DNA of 64,000 nt from Minutocellus sp. GHC0000111 (lineage: Eukaryota): the NCBI GenBank assembly GCA_977018835.1, contig OZ361257.1, forward strand, positions 3,534,001 through 3,598,000, written 5' to 3'. This document shows positions 11,205 to 23,458 of the stretch, piece by piece. The position numbers were made by a program, and so were the translations under genes. The stretch's first letter is position 1. Every line of letters begins with the position of its first letter. The notes beneath the pieces are model-generated. The model searched no databases. It was not told the origin of the DNA and saw only the letters and a program-made list of their open reading frames with translations.

Positions 11205-12449
11205 TTATCGAATTTCCTGCTTGCGTTCTCTCTCTGCCAAACCGTGAAGCAGAATCCCCGTGGCAACAGGGACAGAAAGACTGTCTACGCCTGCCGACAT
11301 ACCGATACGCAGCCGACTCGTACATGCTGCTACAACCTGCTTGCTAATCCCATTTCCTTCATTTCCCATGACACAGCACCATCTTGGCGGTACCTCTCCA
11401 AACTCCATTCTTTCCAATACCAATTCGGAATCCAAGTCAATGACAGCGGCAAAGCTGGATATGTCATTATGTTTCTCCATTCGTGACAATGTTGAGGACA
11501 AGTTTTCACATCGAACGATTGGAATTGAAGCAACATGACCCATACTAGTTCGTATGCTACGACGATACCAGGGATCGCAACAATCATTGCTGAGAAGAAT
11601 CAGTTCAATTCCAAAGGCAGCACAGCATCGGATCATTGCTCCCATGTTCGCCGTATCGGAAATTCCATCGAATGCCAGTACACGCAACCCTATTGACGAA
11701 TGAGACGATTCATTCTTCCCCTCATCAATCTTTGGTTTGGTTTTGTTCGCTAGAAAAGCATCTAGCCATTTCTCGTCATACTTTGGGATCACACCGCGCG
11801 CTAGGGCACCTCTAGCAATATGAAATCCTGCGATGCGACTCTGTACGTCCTCCGAAGCAATTAAAACATGAAAGGGAGGAGATTGCGATAGCGATTGCGA
11901 TTGTTCAGCTTTCGTTTTGCTATGTGAGACATCTGAGATCAATTTGACAGGCTCCTCAAAGAACGATGACGGTCTAACCAGAACGCTGAGAATTTGAATC
12001 GGTTTCCTCTCTTCACAATCGCCAGAGCATTGGCATGCTTCCTTCGTCGATTGTTGGATCAGCAACCTCACTGTCTCTGTGCCCTCTGCAACAAACAAGT
12101 GCCCGTTGCTACTATTGCCTTCCTTGAGATCCAAATACGGTGCAATCAGCTTAGCCAATTTGGTCTCATCTATCGGCGACGATTCGTCTGCCTCTCTTGC
12201 TTTCCTCTTTTGGCCAGCCACAGCTTGATCCTTGTCACGTTCACGACGGAGATTCTCGACGTCATTTGCACAGACAACACGTGCGAAGTGGGCGTTCGCT
12301 GCGGTCCACTGCGATCGCTTGCTTTCCCGCTCGACCATTTCTTGCTTTTTCTTTTGCTTTAGCTCATATTTCCGACGCTTCTCGGCATTTATTGCCTTGC
12401 CGTCGGTAGCAGCAGCAGGAGCAGGGGGTCGTCGTTGTTGGTCCTTCAT
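11205..12449 (-). CDS. SpoU/TrmH-family (SPOUT) RNA 2'-O-methyltransferase
   Basis: FVAEG; motif 1 DGISDTANMGAMIRCCAAFG; motif 2 VMGNEGNGIS; motif 3 IGMSAGVDSLSV. Confidence 0.92.
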   Translation of the reverse strand: MKDQQRRPPAPAAATDGKAINAEKRRKYELKQKKKQEMVERESKRSQWTAANAHFARVVCANDVENLRRERDKDQAVAGQKRKAREADESSPIDETKLAKLIAPYLDLKEGNSSNGHLFVAEGTETVRLLIQQSTKEACQCSGDCEERKPIQILSVLVRPSSFFEEPVKLISDVSHSKTKAEQSQSLSQSPPFHVLIASEDVQSRIAGFHIARGALARGVIPKYDEKWLDAFLANKTKPKIDEGKNESSHSSIGLRVLAFDGISDTANMGAMIRCCAAFGIELILLSNDCCDPWYRRSIRTSMGHVASIPIVRCENLSSTLSRMEKHNDISSFAAVIDLDSELVLERMEFGEVPPRWCCVMGNEGNGISKQVVAACTSRLRIGMSAGVDSLSVPVATGILLHGLAERERKQEIR

Positions 12450-12628
12450 GCAAGTTTGCTTGTATTGTGGCGAGCGCGAGCACGGGGTACCTAGGTAACG
12501 GGTAACGGGGGGGCGTGCGAGATACCGACGACGGAAAGAGCAAAGTTACCCGATCCATCAATCTGGCAGACTTGCTGGCGATGGCAGGCAGGCAGCAGCG
12601 CAACCGGCATACCAAAACTCAACCAACC

Positions 12629-13839
12629 ATGAGCGCTCCCAAGCTCAAGGGCTATCTCCCCATCCGGATAGGTCTGCCCCCGTCGGCGGCATACAAGTTT
12701 CGCACATCTCGCCACAACCTCGATCGTACTGAAACGTTCTGCTTCGTCAAGGAACATCGATCCACTGGCGCGAGTGGCAAATCCTCCACGCTCTTCGTTG
12801 TCAACTGTCCGTTCGTGCCCAAAGTCCGTACGAGCCTCCTCCTGAAATCGATATTTGCACGGTACGGAGATGTGGAGAGGGTGACGGTGGTGCGCGATCC
12901 TAGAGACGTGGCGGCTGCCAGTGCCGCGGCGGGTAAAGATGACGAAGGCGATGATAATGATGCAACAACACCCGCCTGAGCTCCCAACCACCGAGCAGTG
13001 ATGCTGCCGCCAAGCTGTTTGATGATCAGGTGGAATTGTTCAGTGATCCTCAACGCATCAACTTTGTTGATCGCAACGACGAAGGGAGCTTTGCACATGT
13101 TGTCTTTGCCTCCAGTAAGGATCTGCGGCTTGCCCTCAAGGCGCTGGGGAAGCTCATGGCAAGTGGTCCCAGCGAGAAGGATGGATTGCCCCCAGCCGTA
13201 ATGTTAGGAGCGTTGGAGGTTCGGGAATTGGTCGAGGCATCCAGCAAATTACTCAAAAGGGAGGAGGCTGCCAAATATGGCATTCCCATGCATCCAGCAA
13301 AGCAGGATGATAGTGACTCTGATAGTGATGATGATGATGACCAGGATGATGACCAGGATGATGATACTGGTGACCGCAAGAAAAAGAAGAGGAAGGTTAA
13401 AACGGGTATACATGCTCTCGCTGAGCGACAACGGACATTGTATGTAAAGCGGCGATTCCTAATGGAAGCATGTAACGCCATCATGGAGCAATACGAAGAG
13501 GCTGAGGAAGAGGCCGCGGCACGGGCTAGGGCAGCTGCGCAAATGCCCGATGATGATGGATTCGTGACCGTGGTGTCTTCCAAGGCCCCGGCAGTCGGTG
13601 TTGACCTGGAAGAGGATGTCATCGGTGGCGGTGATGGTGCTGGCGAGGGACGCCGAAAGGGTAGCAAGCGGAAGCGCAAAAAGAAGGAGGCACGAGGATC
13701 ATCCGAACTTACGGACTTTTATCGATTCCAGACCAAGGAAACGCGAAGGAAGGGACTTCAAGAGCTACGAGAGCGTTTCGAGGCCGATCTTGCCAAGGTT
13801 AAGAAGCTCAAGGAGGAGAAGGCCTATCGAGCATTCTAG
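12629..13839 (+). CDS. RRP7: Ribosomal RNA-processing protein 7, frameshifted near 12961-12979
   Basis: N-terminal KGYLPIRI...FVKEH...TLFVVNCP RRM-like part and C-terminal PDDDGFVTV...DFYRFQ...LRERFEAD lie in different frames; one missing base joins them and no convincing intron was found. Confidence 0.85.
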
Positions 13840-14014
13840 CTAGAATATTGGATGGGATTGTAGTAATGTATTCTAAGGTTCTCTCTATATACTTGATGAA
13901 ATGGTGATTGATTCCCCTCACCTTTCATCGTCGCTATCCAACAGCTCAATCGTCACATTCGATTTCTAATTTGCGGCAGCATTCCTACTATGGTCCTGTC
14001 CTCTATCGCTGTTG

Positions 14015-16699
14015 TTATTTATTATTTTGATTGGCAAGAGCTATACCACCAATCACAGCTCCAGCAACAGCAAGTCCACCGCCGACCCATCTCATCCAGT
14101 CCTCACCTTGTCCTCCCTGTCGTTGCTGTGAGGTCGTACTGGTTGCACCTGCAGTTCTGCTTCGGAGGGACTGTTCGAGCTGTGATGTGGCGTCTCCCTG
14201 TCTCTCTGCCGGTACTCCATCGGCATCGATCTGTGTCCAGCTTCCTTCGTCTTCACTACTATCGTGTTTGCGGCTGGCTTCTTCTCCGTCGGCGTCAAAG
14301 GCATCGCCTTCAAAGTCAACAGTCCGCACTTGCTCACCAGAAGATGTAGTACCACCATCGATCTTCTCAGCATTCGATCTGGGAAGGGTAGACTGTGAAT
14401 GTGCTGATATTGAAACATTCGGGTCATCCGTAGATGATCCAAGATCATTTGCAGGCTCCCAGGAATCATTTGTCATGCCCGACGCCTCAAGAGGTACAGA
14501 TGCCAAGGCGCCGTCAAAGTCTGTGGCTGCTTGAGAGGAATCATCTTCTTCGGCTTCCCCCTCAACAACAATATTATGCCCGTCCTCTTCCTGTTGTTCT
14601 TCTGGTATGTTCTCTGGTGGTTGGGGCTCCTCATTCTTTTCATCCTTCGCAGATCCCAATGAAGAGTATTTTTCGGTGTCATTCGGTGGCTGTGAAGGCG
14701 TAGGGACGGTGCTCTCCTCGATTAAGCACTTTAAACTTCTCTTGATTCCATCGATAGTAGACTTATTACCAAGGATTGTCTCCACGAACCGATCCTTTTC
14801 CTCCTCTGTGATTAGATTCTTCTCTAGTGTATCGGCCATCAGTTGCATTGCTTCTGCTGTAGTATCGTCTTTGGCTGATAATCCGTCAGATTCCGCGATG
14901 GATGCTTCATTGGATGGGGCTACGACGCCGGCATCAATCTCTGTCAATGGCAAATTATTTGATAAATGTATCTTTGTCTCATCATCATTCCTCTCCATGT
15001 TGCCCTCTGATTTGCCATCCTTGGTCGTGTCCTCGCCTGCGTCATCTTGAGTTTGTACAGCTCCAGCGCTCATATTAGGGGTCCCTTCCGTTTTATCTTC
15101 CTTTTGACCCGTCGGCTTCCCTTCTTCTTTCTTGCCCCAAAGCCAGCCTCTACCCGCAACAAAGGTAAGTGCATCGACAGCTGGTGTCACTGTGCCGACT
15201 ACATTCTCAATGACCTGCTTGCCTCCCTCCTCTTCCATCAATGCAGACACATTCCTAGCAACAACTTGACTATTCTTCATGGCATTAAGTGCTGATGCTG
15301 TATGGCGACCGTGTCCATGACTAATGGAAGATATATTTCTTGTCGCTGCGGATTGGCTTTTTCCACTATCCGTAGCAAGAAAGTGACATACATCTTTGAC
15401 AATCATCGCACCACCTGCTAGCCATCCCTTTTTGTAAATCTCAGCGCCAAACTGTGCCAAATTAACGACATCAAATGTAAGCTCCGTCGCAGCCGCGGTT
15501 GTGTGGGCAGCTCGTACCGCTGTGAGGCCCGTTTCCAGGGCACCGACGGAGGCCTTGACGTTGGCCCACACTTGGAGGGACGATGTAGGGCGGTACGGTG
15601 AATAGGAATCAGGGCTCAGCAAGATGGTCATGGGCTCAATCTCCTGTGGAATCCAGCCTTCGGGTGACTCTGGCGCACCACCATCTTTGGCACTGGTAGC
15701 CCGATGACATGATTGAGACCAAAATTTCAGGCGTTCAATTTCCATCCAAATACAGGGCAGCAATGTAAGAGTAGCGCAGATGGAATCATACGAGCCTGTG
15801 CAATACCAGGAGAGTAGAGCAAGCAAAGCTGGGCATCTTCGAGCAATCGAAAGGGCGATGGCCATCTTTCGTGACGGTGGGATCTCTTCAACAGTAGCTT
15901 TGTACGACTGCACAGCCGGTTTAGCTCGTCCGTCGACATCGAGAGATTCCAACATTTCCTTCAAGTTCCGTACTGAATTGTTCTGGCCATCGTGATGAAC
16001 CGGTCCACTACCACCATCACCCGATTGGGTTGACCAAGCTGGTACCTCCCCAAACATTTGATCGGTCGTCATACTGAGCATAGTCCAGAGCTCGTCCCAC
16101 CCAATGTCGCTGTCAACATTTGGCGACTGCGCTGGTGCATTACCGGTAGTCTGGTCTGGTTGAGGCTCAGGGTTATCGGTAAGATGAGGCTGAGGCTGAG
16201 TTGTGCTAGAGCTTTCAATGCCTGAATTATTCTGCTCGGTATATAGATCAATCACAGGCGTAGATGTGGCCAATACTACTTCTTGCCCTTCTGGTTCCTC
16301 TTGTTGCTCGGTGCTGTGATTAGTAGCTCCTGCAGGTCCACCAGTAGCATTCGTGTGAGGAGGTGCACTACCGGTACCATCCTCATCTCTATTCCAATAA
16401 TCTACTGCCCATCGCAGCATTGCAATCTTTAGCATTTCGTTTTCTCCTACATTCTGCCCAACATCCGCAAGCACATCTCGCAGAGTAAGCCGAAGAGCGT
16501 GACGCACAGCTCGGCTGAGCCAATCGAATTCATCTCCCGCAAGAGCCGGATGATTCGAAATGAGCATTGATCCCGCAGCAATTACAAATGGCTCAGCCAG
16601 GTTGTTGATTCGACGTAGGTCTCGTGTGTAGAGGATTGTCAACAGCAGGGCCGATGATTTGAGAAAGATCAATCCTCGACATTGAGTTGCTTCCCACAT
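14015..16699 (-). CDS. Hypothetical protein (894 aa) with C-terminal hydrophobic anchor; ends uncertain
   Basis: Long ORF with acidic low-complexity C-half and WMRWVGGGLAVAGAVIGGIALA helix; may be 5'-incomplete. Confidence 0.75.
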   Translation of the reverse strand: MWEATQCRGLIFLKSSALLLTILYTRDLRRINNLAEPFVIAAGSMLISNHPALAGDEFDWLSRAVRHALRLTLRDVLADVGQNVGENEMLKIAMLRWAVDYWNRDEDGTGSAPPHTNATGGPAGATNHSTEQQEEPEGQEVVLATSTPVIDLYTEQNNSGIESSSTTQPQPHLTDNPEPQPDQTTGNAPAQSPNVDSDIGWDELWTMLSMTTDQMFGEVPAWSTQSGDGGSGPVHHDGQNNSVRNLKEMLESLDVDGRAKPAVQSYKATVEEIPPSRKMAIALSIARRCPALLALLSWYCTGSYDSICATLTLLPCIWMEIERLKFWSQSCHRATSAKDGGAPESPEGWIPQEIEPMTILLSPDSYSPYRPTSSLQVWANVKASVGALETGLTAVRAAHTTAAATELTFDVVNLAQFGAEIYKKGWLAGGAMIVKDVCHFLATDSGKSQSAATRNISSISHGHGRHTASALNAMKNSQVVARNVSALMEEEGGKQVIENVVGTVTPAVDALTFVAGRGWLWGKKEEGKPTGQKEDKTEGTPNMSAGAVQTQDDAGEDTTKDGKSEGNMERNDDETKIHLSNNLPLTEIDAGVVAPSNEASIAESDGLSAKDDTTAEAMQLMADTLEKNLITEEEKDRFVETILGNKSTIDGIKRSLKCLIEESTVPTPSQPPNDTEKYSSLGSAKDEKNEEPQPPENIPEEQQEEDGHNIVVEGEAEEDDSSQAATDFDGALASVPLEASGMTNDSWEPANDLGSSTDDPNVSISAHSQSTLPRSNAEKIDGGTTSSGEQVRTVDFEGDAFDADGEEASRKHDSSEDEGSWTQIDADGVPAERQGDATSQLEQSLRSRTAGATSTTSQQRQGGQGEDWMRWVGGGLAVAGAVIGGIALANQNNK

Positions 16700-16998
16700 T
16701 GACTGGCTAATTGTGTGGATATACCGGTACCTAAAGTAGATCTACATCTTTATCGATGAAGCTCATATATTTAAGGCATTATTGCTCCACATCTTCTAGG
16801 CGCAAAATCAATGGATGGTTACAAAATCGGAAATATTGACGCATACTCCTTGTCCTTTATCAAAGTGCTCCTTCTTCTTCCGATCTCCAGCTATTGCCGT
16901 GGGTGTATATTATAATATTCTACATCAGACCAATCAGATTGTCGTTGTTCGTGACCTTTCGTTGGCCCTCTTTACTAATGCAACTTCTCCACCACATC

Positions 16999-18921
16999 CT
17001 AAAATCGGCTGTTCATCTTGTCGAAAACTTCCTTGAAGGAACCCTCTGCTCCGTACTTACTCCGAAGCTTGCGGTAGTCCACATGATCGAACATGGTTTC
17101 AAACTCCTGCTTGTTCATGTAAATATCGGCATAGAGCATGGAGAAGCCATCGACCTTTTGAATCTCCTTCTCCACGGCCCGCATCGACTTGCGCATATCG
17201 TACTCCTCCTCACGTCCCTCGTGCACGCACTTGGGCAGACCGTACACACCGATATCGACGTACATTTGATCTCCATTGACATCGGGACGGGGTGGGTCGC
17301 GGAGCAAGCTGCCGGGCATCGGTCGGTGGACGTGGGGACACAGCCACAGGGGGTAGATGCCATCGTACTCCTCGTCGCACACGTCCAAAACCTCGGCCAT
17401 CCGATCGGTCGGGACGAGGAAGTCCTGAGCCACGTGAGTGCGCTCGGTGAGCTTCCGAGTGTATTCCGTCTGACTGAGCTTCAGGAAGCTGACCTTGGGC
17501 GGCATCAGCCATCCCAGCAGGTAGCGGAAGACGGGGTTGTTGCCAATGGGGATCATCATTTCCATCTCCCAGAACAGAGAGCGGGTGTGACGGTGGTAGT
17601 AGTCGCGAAGGGGGATGTACTCCACGATGGACTCGCCCTGCTTCACCTGGGACAGCATATCCCGAACGTGGATGTAGAACCAGGGCTTGTACCAGCGGGA
17701 CAGGATGTTGCGCTGCGATCTGGGAGCATCGGCGGCGTCGCAAAAGTCGGCCGTCATGATCACCGCTTCGGTCTTGGAATAGACAAGACCCTCGACAAAG
17801 GTTGGGATGGCCGGGCGCTGGTCCTGCTGGGCACCACCACCACCAGTACTGGACACCGCCACCATACCCCCGTCTTCCTTCTTCTCCTCTTCATCAACCA
17901 CACTCTGAGGAGCCGCATCGTTGGGACCGGGAGCAGGACCGACCAGAGCGGAATCGCCACTGGCCCTGCGGAAGCAGTCGATGGCATCGGCCTGGTTGTG
18001 GAAGGGCTTGTACTCCACCCTCACGTACTGCTTGCAGGGGATGATGCGGATGGTAACACTGAGGACGAACGCCAGGGTGCCGTAGCTCCAGGGGATGCCA
18101 TGGAACAGGTCGGAGTACTCGTTGTCGGCCGTGGCGCGGACGACACGGCCGTCGGCGAGGCAAAGCTCGAACTCCAAGCATCCCTCGTGGAACAGACCGC
18201 GGACGTGGCTGGAACTTTCGATGCCGGTGCCGCTGACGAGGCCACCGACGGTGAGATCGTCCATCTCGGGAACGATGGGGAGGGTGTAGCCCAGGGGCAG
18301 GAGGGCGTGGGTAATCTGCCCCATGGTCACGAGAGGCTCGACGACGATGACGCCGCGGTCGGTGTCGACGCTGAGGATGTCGATGAGGGAGTTCATGTCG
18401 ATGCCGCACCACTTGGACTTGTACGTGCGGTACGACAGGCTGATGGACTGCCAGCCCGGCCGGGCCGTGCAGAGGGGCTGGCCCTCCGGGCGGGGCTGCT
18501 TCACCTGCTCGACAACGGCGGCGACGCGCTGGGCGTGCTTCTGCGGCGCCGAGCGGGTGTAGTGAATGTACTTGGCGCGGAGGGACAGGGCGGCGTCCCA
18601 CAGGCACGACATGGGCAGGCCGAAGACGGCCACGACGAGGGAGCGATGGTGCGTGAGGATGTAGTGCGTTAGGTTTTCCATCGTGGTGCCGCTCTCTCCT
18701 CCCTGCTGCTGCTTCTTGGCGACCACCTGTTGCTGTTCGTCATTGGCAGACGAATTGTTGTTATTGCTGCCACGAATGTGCCCAACCAGGAGGCCGAGGA
18801 CGATCGTCCCACCGACGCAGCAAGAGGCAGCGACGGCTACCGTAGTGCTGTTGGCATCGGCGGCCTGGTCCTTCAGCTTGGCCGTCACCGACTCGAGGGA
18901 CGGGAACTTCATCGTCACCAT
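16999..18921 (-). CDS. DHCR24: Delta(24)-sterol reductase (DHCR24/DWF1), FAD-linked
   Basis: LCTARPGW, VEPLVTMGQ, PEMDDLTVGGL, GIESSSH, IPWSYGTL, WYKPWF, EYIPLRDYYHRHTRSLFWE, QDFLVP, YPLWLCP, MFDH..Y..LR.KYGAEGSF.EVFDK. Confidence 0.96.
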   Translation of the reverse strand: MVTMKFPSLESVTAKLKDQAADANSTTVAVAASCCVGGTIVLGLLVGHIRGSNNNNSSANDEQQQVVAKKQQQGGESGTTMENLTHYILTHHRSLVVAVFGLPMSCLWDAALSLRAKYIHYTRSAPQKHAQRVAAVVEQVKQPRPEGQPLCTARPGWQSISLSYRTYKSKWCGIDMNSLIDILSVDTDRGVIVVEPLVTMGQITHALLPLGYTLPIVPEMDDLTVGGLVSGTGIESSSHVRGLFHEGCLEFELCLADGRVVRATADNEYSDLFHGIPWSYGTLAFVLSVTIRIIPCKQYVRVEYKPFHNQADAIDCFRRASGDSALVGPAPGPNDAAPQSVVDEEEKKEDGGMVAVSSTGGGGAQQDQRPAIPTFVEGLVYSKTEAVIMTADFCDAADAPRSQRNILSRWYKPWFYIHVRDMLSQVKQGESIVEYIPLRDYYHRHTRSLFWEMEMMIPIGNNPVFRYLLGWLMPPKVSFLKLSQTEYTRKLTERTHVAQDFLVPTDRMAEVLDVCDEEYDGIYPLWLCPHVHRPMPGSLLRDPPRPDVNGDQMYVDIGVYGLPKCVHEGREEEYDMRKSMRAVEKEIQKVDGFSMLYADIYMNKQEFETMFDHVDYRKLRSKYGAEGSFKEVFDKMNSRF

Positions 18922-19329
18922 TTCCGTTCCAAGAATGAGAGGGTTGGCTGAGGAAGAAAATCGATGAGGTGGCCACAAAAACTGATGAAGGACAGACTCT
19001 TTGAGCCAACATAACATAGAGATTTGCAGATTGCGATTGAGATACGCCCATACGAGTTCTTGGTCACCGACGGCTTTGTTGGTATCTTGGCTCTGTACAG
19101 CAACCAATAGTCTATTGAAGGCTCATTTCATTGCTGGGTTACTCTTCTTTCGGTATCTTAGAATCTTGCTATATTTTTTTACCCCCGAGAAGCTCTCTTG
19201 GCCAAACAAAAAACAGCACAACACGTGCCGCAACACGTACTTACGTCAACGCTCACATTTCAATCCAATGACAAAGGCGTAAGACCCTGCTTTGATTCCG
19301 ACGTGCCGTGGTTATTTGAGATAGGAAAC

Positions 19330-22300
19330 ATGGCGGAACCATACGAGTGTGCTGGTGAGGAGGAGAATGGCGGTTGGTCGGACGCCGGAATGGAGGTTGA
19401 TAATGATGATGATCATGAGCCTGAACGGAAACCTCCGGCCGAGGCCGATGACGGACAAATGGGAGACACCGACGATGACGATGACGAGGGGCAGGATACC
19501 CTCGACCTGCACGATATGACGCTTCTAACACAACAACAGCAGGAGGATCCGAGTGGTCAAGGAGATGCTTATTCCACCGACGACGGATATCACCATGACA
19601 ATGACCAGCACCACCACCACCTTCTGACCCAGGAGGGGGTAGATGCCGACGAGGACGGCTACCATGGTGACGATTTAGGGTCTATTTCGGATGGATATCC
19701 TCCCATGAACAATGATGACGACGATGAGGTTGATATTAGCTGCAGTGATGACGGCGAAGGCGATTCGGGTGACGATGATTCTCGTTCCGGTTCATCTTCC
19801 TCCGGCGATAGCAGTGATGACGATGACGATTCATCCTCGGATGACTCCGATGAGAGCGTCACCCGGCTGGAGAAGGATCTGCGCGCTGTTGATTCCACCT
19901 CTTCGCCAGCTGGAGGGACTCCTAGGATCATCCGCAATCGCCGCCGTGCCATTGCACGGAACAAGGAGCGACTCAGATTGTTGATGGAGGGCGTGGAACG
20001 GCCCGGTGCTCCTGCAGGAGCAACCGCAGGTGGCGGTGGTGAAACTACAGCTGAGAATGGTGATACCATTGTGAAGAAAACATCACATCGGGGCAAAAAG
20101 AAGAAGCGCAGTGGCCGTGTGGGTCGAAAGTCCAAGAGTCCAGGCAAAGGCCGCGGTGGCAAGACCGGGAAGAGGCGAGGTATGTTGTTCCCCACCAGGT
20201 ACAATGCCGTGGAACCTCCTCCTTCTGCGTCGCCGTCATTGTTGGCCACTGGCAGTACTGCGAAACCGGCGGTAGCATCGCCGATTGGTCCCTCACAAGG
20301 CAGTGGTGGTTCTGCCAAGGCACTGGCGATGCAACAGCCACAGAAGCAGCAAACCTACAAGTCCATTGTAGAGGAAGTTGGTAATCGCTTTCCACATCGA
20401 GAGGCCCAGATCCGATTACTCTGCAGCGTCTTTGAGAGAACGATGCGGCAGACGGGTGGTGTTGTCGGGGTGGATGGCAGGAGCAGCACTAGCATGCCCA
20501 CCGCTGATGATGATATTTCAACCTCGTCCAATGGAACCTTTGTCCCGTCGCCAGTGTTTGTGACGGGTCCAAGTGGAGTAGGGAAGACATCTGTGGTCCG
20601 AGATATCTTGCAGTGTTTGAAGCGAAGACATGGAGATACTTCCTCGTCCTTGATATTGTCTCCATCTCTTCAAAAGCAGCAGAAACAGAAATCATCGATT
20701 GCAAAGGCCGGTGGTGTCGGCATGGGATACATTAATTGCTCGACGTTGGAGGGTTCCACAGCGGGTGCGTTTCTCGAAGAGGCGTACAAACAGATACTGA
20801 GAAGCTTCTTTTCGTCGAGCAGTAGGAAACCATCGAAAAGATCGAGGAAACGGAAGAGGCACGGTGCTACGTCGCCAAAACGTCTTCAAAAGAATAGTGG
20901 AACAAATGCAGGAGCTACAAATGGGGAGCATATTCCAGCACCTGATGTCAAGTCTAGGTGGTGGGAAAACAAGACGAAATCAAGCCCCCTGCAATTGAAA
21001 ATGGCAATGGGAAGAATATTTCCATCAGTCCTGCGAAAGCACCCGCTAGTCGTTATGTCCCTTTAGATGATGAAGAGATAGATCCCATCATTGATCGTGA
21101 TGATGAGGAAGAAGGCTTTGGAGATATCGAGGATCAAATCGAACAGCAAAAGAAGGAGCATTTGCGAACCAAGATCGCGACGCAGCGATCGGATAGTCTT
21201 GTGGGCGGTGCTGGTGGTACAAGACCTGAAGATTCAACGCTCTCCACAAAACGTCATCATGCTATAACCACGCCGGCAGACTTTGGTCGAGCATTGCTGC
21301 CTCTTTGTGGCGGGCCCGATAATCTGGTTTCCAAGTCAAGGTATTGTGGCTGTGCATTTCTTGTTCTGGACCATGCCGACCGTCTTCTTTCCATGACGGC
21401 CAAACAAAACTCGCCCTATAATGCCATCAGCAAGGATGAGCAAAACAACCTCCTCTCGCAGCTGCTCTTGCTTCCACGGGTGATGGGGCTGAATCTGACG
21501 ATTGTGGTACTCACCTCCAACTCTTTGTTGGAATTTGGCCGCACCAACAATGTGCACATGCAACCGAGCTCATCTCTTGGTACTATTCAAGATGCTATCC
21601 ACCCCATGCGTGTTCGATTCCATGCATACAGAGGAAAACAAATTTACCGTTCCATTTTGCTTCAACCAAGTATTAAAGATGTGGTGATAGGGTGTAATAT
21701 GAATTCCAAGGAGACTCGCAACATGTGTCCGGGATCGCGGACAATCATTACCATCGCCCGAGATCGGTTGTACAATGCCATGATCAAGACAATTCTCCAA
21801 TCACTCGAGGGTATGACGCGGGATATCCGGGAGATTCAGAGATTTGCGCGAGTATTTTGGCCGATTTATATCTCCCCTCTAACTACTGGACACGCTCAGG
21901 ATCCAACCGGCGTAATAAAGCAAAAGTTTTGTTTGGTTCTTGCAAGATCAGGAAACAGTCAAGTCCAAAATGGTCAAGAAGACGATACCTCCGCCAGTCT
22001 ATGTCGACAAGAGACTTGTGGCTTTTGTCGGGCTGTGACATCTTTCAACGGTCCACCTGGTGGAAGAATCGATAGTATACTCGAAATGCTTGATATTAAG
22101 GGGCGCAAGCCGATGCGAGAAATCATGTTGAAATGCCTCTTTGCTCCCGTGCAGAAGCTTGATACCACTGCATACCCCGAGTCAAATCCTGATGCGACAT
22201 ATTTGCAAACCCTTCGGGAGCTTCAGGGTTCCTCTTTGGCGCAGCTGTCCTATATGGCCAAGTTTTTACTGCTATCAGCGTATTTATGCCAAAAGAACCG

Positions 22301-22787
22301 TCAGGATCAGGATCTGGCGCTATTCACCCATCACAACAAGGGAAGGAGACGAAAGACCTCTTCTGAGGGCAACAATGCCGGTGACGGCGAGGGTGAATTG
22401 TTTGCATCGTCTGCTGCAGCTCAGCAACAACTCCGGTCCTTCCGCTTAGCGGGCTTCCCGCTGGAGAGGATGTTATCGGCCTTCTCATCCATCTTGAGTA
22501 AATATGGCAGTGAGTCAGAGTTTTTGAGGGGCAAGATAGAGCAGGATGGATATTTTAATGTGACCGAGGTTGGTTCGACCCAGCTGTTCGCCTGTTTAGC
22601 AGAGCTTCGGGATTTTGGGTTACTCTGCGACATGAACGGCGGTTTATCGGCCGGTGCAGCGGCTGGAACGGGTCAAATCGATATGACATCAAAAAAATAC
22701 ATATGCAATCTGACGGATGCAGATGCTACAGCACTCGCCAAGGAGCTGGAGATTCCTCTGCAGAAGTATCTTTTGCAGGAGAACTAG
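19330..22787 (+). CDS. ORC5: Origin recognition complex subunit 5 with long acidic N-extension, frameshifted near 20955-20970
   Basis: FPHREAQI, Walker A GPSGVGKT, YINC, LVLDHADRL, C-terminal KFLLLSAYL..N...D..LF and FPLERML. The two halves are offset by one base. Confidence 0.82.
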
Positions 22788-22935
22788 CAACCGGTAGATA
22801 AATATATGTAGATAGATCTGGTGTAGCTGCCTGTCTACTTAGGTACACATGTACCGGCACTATGACATGTAGATCTGTAGCTAGCTATCTAGCTACATGT
22901 ACGTACACGTACCGGTAGATCTAGTCTTCTAGATG
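22785..22935. repeat. Chained TA-flanked palindrome tract
   Basis: ...TAGCTAGCTATCTAGCTACATGTACGTACACGTACCGGTAGATCTAG...; consecutive units share TA dinucleotides. Confidence 0.8.
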
Positions 22936-23458
22936 AATTGCCTCAAACCTTTTGATGATGTCCGATTTCTTCAAGACAATTCGATCCGATACACATGTAC
23001 AACTGTTTTATGGGATCCCTAATTCCTACATGTTGTACCGATACGTAGTAGGGTGTTGGCTTCGCTCTTGTATAAACCATAAGAGTCTCATCACACTCAA
23101 CATGCAAACAAACTTGCCTCGTGTGGTCGGGGGGCAGAGCCGAGAGAGCCTCACGGACTACTGCTGTTTATGCCAGCGCATCCAGAAAGCAATTGCGTCA
23201 AAAAGAGAGTGAGTTCCATCCACGTCTCCACGTCGTCGGCGGCGGCAGCAGCAGCAGAGGCAGCAAGATACCATCATAGCCAATATGATCGATCGTGAGA
23301 GATAGAAGCGTTGCGTGTAGATCGATAGAGATCCCGACTTCTAGTATATCTTGTATCTTTCGTTTATTTGCCCTCCAAGACGTCCAACACGAACTTAACT
23401 TGCACCGTCGCCTCATCTGCGCCTCACCCCTGCCTCACCCACCCCGAACCAGTTCGTT

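Noticed and set aside
12908..13029. Intron explaining the RRP7 frame change
   Set aside because: Only a weak GTGGCG donor fits the phase, there is no pyrimidine tract, and the intervening sequence looks coding.
16894..18672. 592-aa plus-strand ORF
   Set aside because: Antisense shadow of the GC3-rich DHCR24 gene; the same applies to long antisense ORFs over VPS53, PRMT and others.
20955..20972. Programmed -1 frameshift at GGGAAAAC in ORC5, or as a general explanation for the frameshifts
   Set aside because: The heptamer is not in the canonical X XXY YYZ phase and the other frameshift sites share no motif; simple indels are more parsimonious.
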